Below, one piece after another: positions 32,801-45,102 of a stretch of 64,000 nt of DNA. The stretch's first letter is position 1; every line of letters starts with the position of its first letter. The DNA lies in assembly GCA_977016875.1 (NCBI GenBank), contig CDRNST010000318.1, positions 3,286,001 through 3,350,000 of the forward strand. Reading direction: 5' to 3'. This DNA comes from Pavona decussata (taxonomy: Eukaryota). The translations under genes were made by a program, and so were the position numbers. The notes beneath the pieces are model-generated. The model worked only from the letters and a program-made list of their open reading frames with translations, was not told the DNA's origin and made no database searches.

Positions 32801-35800
32801 TTTGTAAAGGTAAGTCATCTCCATAAACTATTTGAAGGTTTGGTTTAAGATTTAAAGCAGTGGGTTGACTATAAACCATTTCTAATCAAGTTGTATCAGT
32901 TGCCATGTGAAATCAGTTCTGTGGTTAATGTGCAAGGACATCCTACTTCCTGGGAGTGGTTTCCTCTCTTCCAGCTGAACCCTTGTTGTTTTATGATATA
33001 AAGCGCATGACTGTTGACATGTTAAATTATTTTAAAAAAGAAAATTCAGTGACGAAATTAGTAAACAAATATCACAGGAAGATCAGTCACAAAACAAGGA
33101 GGTTCAGAACAAAAAAAAGCATACAATGTTCATTTTTGGCTTCTCAAGGCTTGATATTTACTATTTTCTTTTTCTTCGTCTTCAAAAATTGAAGGGGTGC
33201 CTGGAAAAAAGCCCGTAGTGACTTCTGATAAATAGCTAGATTCTCCTTCCAAATTTCATTGTATTCGCTTGTGAAACAAAAGGAGAATTTGACCTTACAT
33301 CAAAAGTCACTTAGGGCCTTATTCCACACACCCCTTCAATTTAAAATTGCAACTCAGTTTGGGGGTGTTTAATTTATTTGTAATAATGTTAGTCATCTTG
33401 TCTGAGTATATATTGCTGTCTATTTTTGCAGATTTGTGACTTTGGGCTTGCCCGTTCAGTCACAAGCATTACGCAAGAGGCTGGTGATCCTAGTTTAACT
33501 GATTATGTCGCCACTCGCTGGTATAGAGCACCAGAAATTCTCTTAGCATCTCCAAGGTAAATTAAACTTTCAATCATAACTTTTTATAGTGCATTATTCC
33601 ATGACCAGATTATCAAATCCTTGAATTGGAATTTGGAAATTTTGGTTTTTTGAGGAGAGGGGAAAACTGGAGTTAACCCGGAGAAAAACCTCTCAAAGCA
33701 AGGACGAGAACCAACAAGAAACTCAACCCACATGAGGCTGAGTCTGTCAATCATGCGTAGGGCCAGTTATAATTATAATGTCTCATGCTTTAAGGGATAT
33801 CTTTGTCATTGTGACTTGTACTCTAATGTTTTGTATGTTCATAATGGTGAAGCTAATTAATCGTTAACATTAAAAAATAAAAGTCATGCACTGTCGTGAT
33901 GAAGATATTTTCATGATGCTTCTTGCAGATCATTATAAATACTTAGTTTTTTTATGCTGTTCCTTTTTTGTTATCAGGTACACAAAGGGGGTTGATATGT
34001 GGTCACTGGGATGCATTTTAGGAGAAATGCTTTTAGGTAAGTACAAACCAGCATGGTGTGTCTTCATAAATAATTCAAAACAGAACTTTTTTATGAGTTA
34101 TACAATTATGTCAGATAACTGTTGTATTTTACAATTTAATTGTCCCTGAAAAGATCACAACCCCTCCATCCCTAGATGTCCATCCCTTAGTCAAAACCAT
34201 TTTTCTTTGTGTTGCAGGAAAACCACTTTTCCCAGGCACATCAACATTAGATCAGATTGAGAGAATTATGACAATAATTCCCACTCCATCAAGACAAGGT
34301 AAGCTAAGGAATCTTAATAATATTAATTAACTGATTTTTATTACAGTTTCAAGGGGCAGTTTCATGCCAAAGGCATGGTTTGATTGTGATCAGTTGCATC
34401 ATTAAGCTTTTCTTTTCATTTTCTCATCATTAGACATAGACAGTATCAAGTCACAGTACAGTTCATCAGTGCTGGACAGAATGGCATTAAAACCCAAGAA
34501 AAGCCTTGAAGAGATCATACCTAATGCGCCACCGGACGGCATAGATCTCTTGAAGAAGTTACTTCAGTTTAACCCTGATAAGCGACTGACAGCAGAGCAG
34601 GCTCTAAGTCATCCATTTGTAGCAAGGTTCCACAACCCTGATGAAGAGCCTTCAATGGATTATGATGTGATTCCTGCACTGGATGATGATGTTCAGTTGA
34701 GTGTAGAAGAGTATCGAGTAAAACTTTATGAGGTGGGTACAGTTGACACAAGATTATACTATCAACACATTCATGAAGTTACTTCGAATGAGTGGATGCA
34801 AGTACCATCCATTAGTAGCTAAATTTGGGCTTCCAATGACTTGCTGCATTGAGTCACTCTGCAATGAACATTACAGTCCAGCATTACAAGCCCATTTGTT
34901 TTACGGTTCTAAGTTCAATTATTCAGTTTTGTCAATGTATATTCCCTCACCTATTTCTTCAAAGCATACTCCAGAATGTCTTTCTATCATGAAAAGAAAC
35001 ATTAATTTTACCAGAATAGGTCATGGTCATGGTTGAATAGAAACCAGCTTACAGGGCAGGCCAAAATGGAAATTGAAATATTTCAAACATTTCCTGCTCA
35101 AGTCTCAATGCTGCAGTTACTATTTTATGTAAATTGTGATAATGCAAACATGGCCTACTGTTTTTTTAATATTGTGCATTCTTTTGTATATAGAGCATCA
35201 TCCAGAAGAAAACTAACATTAGAAGACAGAGAAGGGAGATTTTCCTTCAGGATCACAGGCAGAAACAAGCACAGGCTGTTGAACAAGCAAGACAACAGGA
35301 ACACCAACCACTGAAGCAAGTTGAGAACTACCCACACACATCACCAATCAATGCACAGGCCAACCAGCATGTGCATAGCTCACCAGTCAAGTCCTCAGTG
35401 AATAAAAGTGACGGTGTGACAGTTGCATTTGGTAGAACTACAAAGATTCAGCACCAACGATCACCTTCTGCTGGAAAAAGTATGGTCAGAAGACATAGTT
35501 TGGAAAATGACAGCGTAAGTAGCATTTTGTGGGTGTATGTCATAGGAATACCATTCTTCAGTAAATGGACACTGAGTTGTCAGTGACTTTCATCTTATTC
35601 TCAATAATTTGGACTATCAGTCCTGCTCCTAGCAGGTTGCCTGGGTGGGAGTTCAGCTGTGATATTATAATAGAAGCCAAAGAATATTGCAAAGAGAGTC
35701 CATTCTGGGTGGTGTTGAACCTGGAAAATACCTATTTTAGCTCAAGGCAAGAGGGTTAGGTTGTAAACAAACTGTCAGTGGTGCTGCATCAGTGGGGATT

Positions 35801-36502
35801 AGAAGAAATGGATGTTTGTTTTTATCAATAGTGTTTACAGAATGACAAAGGGCTAACGGTTGAAATGTCAGCAGTCGATTCTCTGAGTTATAGTGGCCAA
35901 ATTACCTTACTGAAACTCTGTTGATTTCATACTGGGAATCTGAAAGGATAAAGCCATCTATATTTGACAGTATCTAGCAAGCATCATTGGGACACTATTG
36001 GTACTAATGTTCAATCAGCCAATTGTATCTTTGAACAGTGATAATTTTAAATAATGTAAAAGTTTTGTTTTTACAGGTTATGTCACCACCTAGAGCAAAT
36101 CCTGCTGCTGGCCGCACAAGACCCATCTCTGCCCAGGTGAAGCCCAAGAACACAATAATAACTCGCAGTAACAGCGCAGACAGACTTCTTCAAGTCACCA
36201 GTGCACGCATGGTGAGTTATCTACTCTGATAGCCTCTGGACAAAAGAACTTAAACTGTTGTGTGAATATCATGCTTGCAATTTTCAGTGATAAAATGTTG
36301 TGTTGCCGTCATTTCTAAATTTAAGAATGATTATTTGCAGGTTCCAGCTCAAAGGCCTCCTTCAGCTAAAGCAATGCACAGACCTGCAAGGAAACCGATA
36401 CCAAACCCAGCTTTGATGCGGTCACCTTATGAAAGCTACGCACAAACACATGGAACAATATCAAAGAGTTCTCTACAAGCCCTGCAGTCTAAAGTCTGGT
36501 AG
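29825..36502 (+). CDS. MAPK15: Mitogen-activated protein kinase 15 (ERK7/ERK8)
   Basis: Exons 29825-29890, 29987-30085, 30205-30234, 30387-30477, 31481-31554, 32345-32401, 32771-32809, 33432-33556, 33978-34036, 34218-34298, 34434-34732, 35194-35514, 36077-36211, 36341-36502. Motifs: [93 protein letters not shown], then a basic, disordered C-tail. Confidence 0.95.
33620..33735 (-). mobile_element. SINE core fragment in a MAPK15 intron
   Basis: Reverse complement of the same core (CCCGGAGAAAAACCTCTC..AACTCAACCCACAT). Confidence 0.65.
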
Positions 36503-37823
36503 CCAAAGCTATGGGCTTTAAATTGTTGTACCTTTTAGAGGAGTTTGATTTTATTGCTAGGTGAACTTTAGCTCTAGGGAATTAAAGCTATTTATTAAAA
36601 ATTAATAGTGAACAGAATTAATACAGTGTATAATGATTTGGTGCTTTGCAACATAACATTTGGCAAACATTCATTGAGCCACCGCTGCCTTAATATAATT
36701 TTTGCACCAAAACAGATCTATTCCACTAACAAGAGTTTCAGATAAATTAAAGTTTTGTCATTAGCGAACGAATTATTGTAGTAACATCAAATTGTAAATA
36801 AGGAAACATTTTTCTATGTTCTATGAAATAATACAAGTTGATGTCAGTTTGCAAAATTTTGACAACTCCTGATCATGGATACAATTTATTTTTCTCTTTA
36901 TTTTATTTTATTTTATTAATACTGGGTTACCAACAATAATTTAACAATTCAGCTAGTAGGCATTATTAACCATTTATTTAATTTTAATTGTTAAGGGAGC
37001 TATATGTAGTTAGTTGCGTCTAGTCACAAATTTATCAGCGTTTAATTATTTCAGAGTTATTTGTTGATGTCACTCTCAGTTAAGTTATGAAATGTTTGTA
37101 ATGTAAGCACTGCAAGTTGACTTTGATATAGTTATTTTGTTCAGAGGGGAGGGGGGAAGGAAAAAGGATTTGTACATAATCTTGTAGAGTGTTTTACTCA
37201 CTGGTCTATTTTTGTGACCCTTCTCTGTGAAGAAAGCTAAAGATTTATTGTATATTAGAATGCTACAAAAATAAAATATTAAAACAAAAGAAACCTCGTT
37301 TTCCATTAGTAAAGAACAGTGAAAATCTCTTTCCGGTGGTATAGCAAGTCTGCGGGGTACGGTTTCCTTGTGGCAGCCGACTATTAACAGAGTGGAAAAA
37401 ATAAGGCGGTACGAAGAACAACGGCAAAATATTTGCACTTGTTACGCCAGACTAACGCCCCACTTTTGCCTAGGGGGAGGGAGGTTGGGAACTGCGGGAA
37501 TTAGCAGTCTAATGTGTGAATCACACTTAGTACGCACAAGTTGATCCGCACTTGCTGGTGTCCTCCATTCATTGTGGGTGCTTCACGCGTGCGGTTACGC
37601 GCGAGTATTTTCTTTCCAGCGCGCGCGAGGCAATCACATGCGTAATGAACGTAATCTGGACACAACAAAAACAGTCAAGACCAAACTAGCTTGACACCTG
37701 TTCAAACTGCATTTCATTTACTTAGCTTTAGAGCGGTAGAAAACTACAATGTGTAAAAACTTATTACAGAATAACTAAAAAGCATCCGTCACATTTTTAC
37801 TTCTTCGGTAACAGTGCGGTAGT

Positions 37824-40800
37824 CTATGAGGTGTAGTAAGGACATCCTCCCAAGTACACATTACCAGCCATCATGAGCGGATTGACCAGTGACACTGCCT
37901 GAGCACTGCCGCCTGGATTTTTCGACACCAGGTTACGCATGCAGCCTGTGTATTCTTTAGTGGCCGTCACACCTTTACCCTCCACGCCAGCTGCGAAACA
38001 AAACAATATTGTGGTAAGAAATACAACGACAATGCTCGCAACATCAACATCCAACCAAACTGTTAATTTTCTCAGAGTGAACAACCGGTGCGGCATGCAA
38101 GTGCAAACATGAACAATTTCCGACACCGCGTTTGTATTTACAAAGAATACCATAAAAATGGGGGTTTTCAAGGACGGGCGCCAAACAACTCCATAATCTT
38201 TGCAAGAATGTAAGATTACTGCATTAAGTTTTGTATAGTAATAATAAGTTTTAAACTGTCTGTCATGTAGAGCTCTGTATAATCCTCCGTAAGTTAAGTA
38301 TTGTATTGTGTTATAATGTGAGGAGTAGTTATTTCATCGTACCTGGCAGCCCTCCAGCGTACAGATCATTGTAGATATCAGCACTAGTCTGGGAACCTTT
38401 CCCACCTCCCTCAAGCACGGGTCCATCGTCAACTTGTAGCCTCACAATATTGTTCTCTTTCCACGCCTGGATCTTGTGCCACTTTCCATCGCAAAACTCG
38501 AGTGGATCCTCGGCAGAATGTGTTACTACAAGCTCACCACCGCCATTCTCTGCACGGAAGATGATCTACAAAGAGGATTACAACAATAACATTGGAATAC
38601 TATTGGTAATGACAAACACGATGGTGGACGAAACTTAGCCGAAGCCTTGCGCACTGTTAACGGTTAACGAACTTTCAAATAACGATTTTCATCCACGAAT
38701 ATTAGCGTCAGGTTAAAACATGAGAGTCTCAGGACCCTTTCACATAACATTACAAGAGTATTGTAAAATTTTTAGACGGACTGCTGAAAGGTACTTATGT
38801 AAGGTGGGGGGGGGGGAGGGGAGGGGTGTTTGTAGGGGGAGGCATTATTGGTTGTCGTGAATTCACTTCAAAAAATCCGTACAAATGAAACAGCTGCGTA
38901 TGCACGATTTGTGCTAGCCAGGGTATCAAGCGCTTCCGTTAGGGTTTTTCCTCTTCACTCCCCCTTTTCCCTCCTCATTTTTTCTTTTTTTGTTTTTTCG
39001 CTTTCATCCCAATTTCCGGCGCGCGTTCAAACAGCGAAAAAGCACACAAAAGCCCACGGAAATACTTGCTAAGCAGCCAAAGATTTGTGGGTAAAAGTGA
39101 TTCCCGAGGGCGTCTACTTCTTGGGACAACGACACGAGACAACGGTACTTCAAGGATCCAATATCAGTATTTCCCATGTTAGAGTTTGTTAACTTTCGTT
39201 TTGATCAAAAAAACCATTTTTGTATGTGTGGTTTCTGTTACTGTTTAAAAAGTTTGGGTATAAAGAATTCCCCAATGTTGCGAAATGGGAAGGGCTCAAA
39301 TATACCCAACATCTTGGAACACATTTGCTCTTTATCGGTTATCATCAAGAGCCCATTACCCAGAGAGCACAACTCCTATAGACTCGTGTAACCGCGTTTT
39401 TATTTATTTTTAGATTGAAGTTTCCACAAATCCAGTCTCCCACGGAAGTCTTACTGACCAATCTCATGCTTTGCATAATTCTGATGTGAACCAGAATTTA
39501 AATTTTCGCGGGAAATGGTATTCCCATGCGTATCTAAAAATAGACCGATCTGTGAAAACACCGAAGCAAACGGTTAGTATAGGAGCTGTACGCTCCGAGG
39601 AACGGGCTCATGGTTATCATGTCATGCTACTCACATCGCCACGGATCATTTCTAGCACAATGTAGTCTCCCTTTTTATTTGAAGACGATAACAGAAGTCC
39701 AGTATGTGAAGTTGGTTTGATTTCCAGTAAAATATCCTCTGTCTGTCCCACAGTATACGATTCCCCTGAGGAAGGAAATGCATGGAAGCAACTGAAATGA
39801 AAATCCTGGTGTGCCTGTGACTTGTTCTAGATTTCGCACTATGTTAAGAAATCTGCAAAAGCAATCAGTGCTTGGAAACCTTTAAGGGAATTCAAAACTG
39901 GCGAAAAGACTCGTCCATTGGATAAATTTCCCAGGAATGAGCTAAACAAAAAAGTTCAGTTTCAAAAGAACTCATAATAGTACAATTGCGTTATCGTGTG
40001 TCTGATTCCTTTCGATACGTCTACGACGATAATCAACAGACTTCTGTAGATAAGCACGTGTTATAAAATACACGACTCCGGTGTGCACAGTACTTGTAGA
40101 TAGTTTTTAACCGGCAAACTCACCAACTTTGAGGTAGCCTCCTCCGTTTTCAAAGCTGACTCCAGCCTCGGGGCTATTTTGGTAACACGCTTGCAACTTG
40201 TATGGCGCAGGAGGGGGACCAATGTCCACTTTATTCACTGTTACGTTCCTGATGCAACCTGGGAAACTTACACGTGAACCAGCCTGGAAAATCAATAAAA
40301 AGAACCCGTTGCTTTCATTTGCGAGTAAGACCGGAATTTACTGCTGTCTATAAAGAATTTCTATTTCGTAATTACGAAAACAGAAAACAATTCACGAAAT
40401 TTTCACCTCACCCAGAAAAGAATTCCCTCTTTCCCTTGTAACTTCACCTCTAACTGAAATGAAGAGAGATTAATCTCTGCCTTCCCCACTAAGCATGATC
40501 AAATCTCCACTCACCGGAACTCTTTTGTTGTTATATCCCTCTGGTACTCCGCCTATATACAGCGACTGAAGAGCGTTAACAAACGACGGCGTGCCTTTAG
40601 CTGCGCCAGAGTCCACTTTTTTGTCATCCACATAAAGTGTGCCATTGACTCCTTTCCGCGAAAGCCGCACCTAAGAACACGATCAATGCAATCAACACTA
40701 TGACTGAAGTACTGGGTTTACCAGTCGCTATGTTCAATATGGCTTAGCCGGCAAGAGTGAGAAAGGAGCCTTACGATTGCTTCTCTAAGATGGACCAATC

Positions 40801-43800
40801 ACGGGTTTAATTTTGCAGCGGTTTTGTGTTATGGAATCTTCTTCTGTGTATCTCCTACACTTCTGGCAGAACTTTAGAGAAAGCAGCTTAAAAATGTTTA
40901 TTCATAACTTCGTTGCCTTTCTCGACCGCGTGTTCGCCTCTATAAATGCTAGTGGAGAATTTTACCTTCACTGAACTACAATCACGGATAAAAGTCTTGG
41001 GGTAACTCGACTTCTCTATTCGCTAGAGTAACTCTACTGTTCCCCTAACCCCCGCCCCTCTCTCACACATTGTTGATCCCGTGTATCCAAGCTTTGTCTC
41101 ACCACTGTAACTTGTCGGCCGACATTGGCAAAATATCGTTTGTACTGAATGAATTGAGCCCAGGCTGATTATTTACTATTAACTTACTGTGTGCCAATTG
41201 CCGTCGCTGTAGGATGCTTGAGCAGAGAACAGCTTCAAGATACCACCACCAGCACTGAAGCTACACGACACTTTACCATCTTCTAAATGACACTCTATAA
41301 AGTCCGCCTGGTTGTCATTGGCAGTGTATAACATAATGCCATTTGGATTGGAGGCACGGAATTCAAAGCTCAATTTAGTCCTGGGAAAACAGGCAACAAT
41401 AAACTACTGCTAATTGAATATGAATACTGCTACTGCTACTAAAAATGTTCTTAAAAAGGACACACCTAACGTTTTCGACTTTTCATTCATCTTCAGCTTG
41501 AAGGTGTCACGTAGGTTCAGCGTAGTAAACGTTTAGCGGAGAGCGTTTTATTTTAAACAAACATTTTTTAAGTTGGTGTCTTTTTACAGGAGTAGATTTT
41601 TGGGGGCCAGACAAAGGCAAATCTACTGAGTGCTTAAGAATCTCAAACTATACTTTTGAAAGAGTAAATAATTTTTTTGCATTACCAATCATAACTAAGT
41701 TTTCGAGAATTTTTCAATACGAAGCCTAGTTCTACGTTGCATCCCCTTCACTTGTGCTTCACTTGAGGTTTCATAAGCAGCGTATGCCTGTGGACAGGCT
41801 CCCAAGTGGAGTATAGGGCGAAGACTCCGTTCACTTATTTTTCTTTTCACCCTATTCTCCACTTCTGAGCCTGTTCATAAGCTATGTAGTCACGTGACTT
41901 ACTTCGAACCAATCAACTTGAGGAGCGGTCCTTCAATTTGATAAGCAGCATGGCTGTTAAGGTCGTGACCGAATCCCATCACTCCAAATAGCTGGGCTGG
42001 TGTCTCTGGCATTGGACACACTGGAGCTAGTGTTGTGGGGGTAGGGGTGGGGACAGGTTCTGGTGTTGTTGTGGGGATAGGGGTAGTCGACTCTTCAGGT
42101 GTGCTGGGGGTGGCTGTAGTTTGAATACTAGTGCTTGAGAATTCTTTGCTTGTTGTAGAATCTAAAAAAATGACACATTTGAAATAAGCAGGTTAGAAGT
42201 AGCGAGAATGTAGTGTCACTGTGTTCACTACAGCTGTCTGTCCTATGTTATACGCACAACAATTATTAAACTGCACATTGTGTTTGATATCCTGGTGTCA
42301 GCAGAGGCATGCCTGGAAACTGACAACAAACTTCCTGACCTATTCCTCAAGTGGAGAGAAGCAACAGTGTCAACTGATGATGTCCAACGCTCACGGAAAT
42401 ACTATAAACTTACGATTGACCACACATTTTCTTAGCCGCGTTCAATCCTGGACTTATCAGCTCAACTGTTTCAGTCGGCCAGCATCTTACTAGTTAGGAG
42501 TCTTGTCATTGTTTCATATATACAGCCTTAGAAACTGCTAATTTGAAATCTAACCGTCTCCAAAGTTTCTTTTCCCTAACCTAGGAAGTTCACTTGTTGC
42601 ATTTAGACTATGAACACAGTATGTGATCTATTTAATGAAGAAAACTTGGCCTCGTCGTGTTACAAATATTCTCGCAATAGTTCATCAAAAGGTGTTTAAT
42701 ACTTCTTGCTGCAATTGTTTTCTATTTTCTCCAATCTGTGTTGATGATCCTGATTTTCCACCCCGTCATCCATCTTAACCCTTTAACTCCTAATATCAAA
42801 GAATAAATTCTCCTATTTTGTCCCCATACTTTTCTTACAGAAGTACTAGAGAAAAGTCATTAAAAACTCAAGAAAATTCACCTTGGGTGATTATATCCTT
42901 AATTCTCATGACCTCAGGGATTGAATAAGCATTGAAAATGCAAGGAGAAATTTGATGCTGATCACTGTTGGGCTTTCTTACCTAGCTGACCGATTGGAGG
43001 CCGGGTTGGAGTTATCTCAATAAAAGGATCCTTGGGTGTAGGCTCCGAGTAATCTTCACCATCAAATATGACCGCATTTCTACCCTTGTACTCCATAAAG
43101 TTGAACAGTCTAAGACATAAACAGTGTTAAAAGTGAATAAATCGGTTTTAACAACTCCAAAAGAACGAACAACTGGGTTATAAACTATTCAACCATTGAG
43201 AATGATGTATTATTCTAGAAAGTGACGCAGGCATACTCAGAAAAAAGAAATCCGAGTGCTCCTATCAGGAGTCGAACCTAAGACCTTCTGCGGATTACTA
43301 GTTCGGATGCTCTACCACTGAGCTACAGGAGATTCGTGGGAGCTAAGGCCATTAAACTAGGTTCATGGGACAGACATCCTGCATACTGCTAGGATTTGAA
43401 TGTCGAACGTGTGGTACATGAAATAAAGGTGATGGTAAATTTCAAGCCTGGTGAATGAATGAGAACTATTCAACTATTTCTCACAGGATTGACTCCACTG
43501 TGGTTATTTTAAGTGCCCTGAAGTTCACCATTTTACTCACTGTTAACGTGCGCAAGTTAAACTGTGGCTTAAAGCAATTGAGGTCGTTTTAAACAGACAA
43601 TATCCAGAGAAAAAGAAAACTATACATACACGTCATCGAAAGTCAAGTCTCTGATAGATCCACCTTTCAGGGAATTAAGGATAACGGAGTTGAAATCGTT
43701 TGTCATAAATGTGACATCTTTGGGAATTCCTCCAAGATACATATCCTGTGTTGTTTGGATAACCTGCTGTGACTTGTCTTGGAAGACGCCAGTTTTTTCC

Positions 43801-45070
43801 TCATCATCCACATAAAGCATCAATCTAGGGGAAAAAATAGGTAACATGGCTCAAGACAATGTTCAAATGCTAGTGAGTGACGGATTTCTCATAAGAATTA
43901 CATGGTGATGAGAAAAGAGAACATCAAGCAGCTAGCAAAGCAAGGAAATGTCTGAGACGAGTGCATCTCACAGGATGGTGGACAATAGTGTAAAACACGA
44001 AGGTGCACCATTAAAACAGGGGCCCCATGAGGGGAGCAGGGAGGGCACAGTGGTGAGAGCACTCGCCACTCAGTAACTCGGCCCGGGTTCAATGCCCGGA
44101 CTCGGTGTCATATGTGGGTTGAATTTGCTGTTGGTTCTCGTTCTTTCTCCGAGAGGTTTTTCTCCGGGTACTCGGGTTTCCCCTAGCCTCAAAAACCAAC
44201 ATTTCCAAATTCCAATTAGATCTGGAAAATGTCCCCAGTTAGTGCTCTGCGCTTAATACATTGACAAACTAATTAATTAATTAAGACCAGGACTCTATCA
44301 ACTCATAGCGAACAAGACACTAGCAAGAAGGGTTCCTGTCGTTTCGCTGCAAATAGAAGTCGATTCGCTGCATTACCTGAAGTCGTTTCGCTTCGTCCAT
44401 AAGTCAATTCGCTTCAGCCTGAAAGCTAGTATCAAAACAAAACCCAGTCTGGCATCGCAGAGGTTATAGGTTCGAATCCCGTTCAAGCCTGAATTTTTTT
44501 AGGCTTTCTTTTCGCAACTGCTTAAGTTGCGTAAATATTTCTTCTATTTAATAGCACTTACGTTAAGCCATCCTTGCGAACGGTAACGAAATGCCATTTG
44601 CCATCATTATATTGCTTGTCAGTCTGTAATGTTAGTGGCACACTTCCAGGATTGACTTGAAATGTCACCTTGCCTTCAACCACGCCCAAAACAATAAATT
44701 CTTTCTGAAATTCATTAAACACAGGTTACTATCACTAACTTGAATAAAGCTGCTTTTCAGTAGTATGGTTACAGGGAGTGTTGTTAGCCCCTTCCTGGTC
44801 CAATAAAATCCCTCCCGTTTTCTAGACTCAGTGTCAATGCGTACTATAAAAACTGGATCACTGTACTGCAATTCCAGTGATTTGATTGGCTTAGCGGTCA
44901 TGGTCTATGAGCCATCTTACCATGACTGAGAAATAGCTAATTGTCTTCTGGTTGTTCTTGCAAGCGAAATCAGCAAGATCTATCAATATTTCTTGATTGT
45001 TTTAAATAAAACAATTACTCCACCAACGCTTGTTGGAAATGAGATGATAGATAGCCAACAACGCGCCACA

Positions 45071-45102
<32 letters not shown>

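Noticed and set aside
32345-33556. HRDQK catalytic loop and TDY activation motif as kinase anomalies
   Set aside because: HRDQK and T-E/D-Y are normal for MAPK15/ERK7 orthologues.
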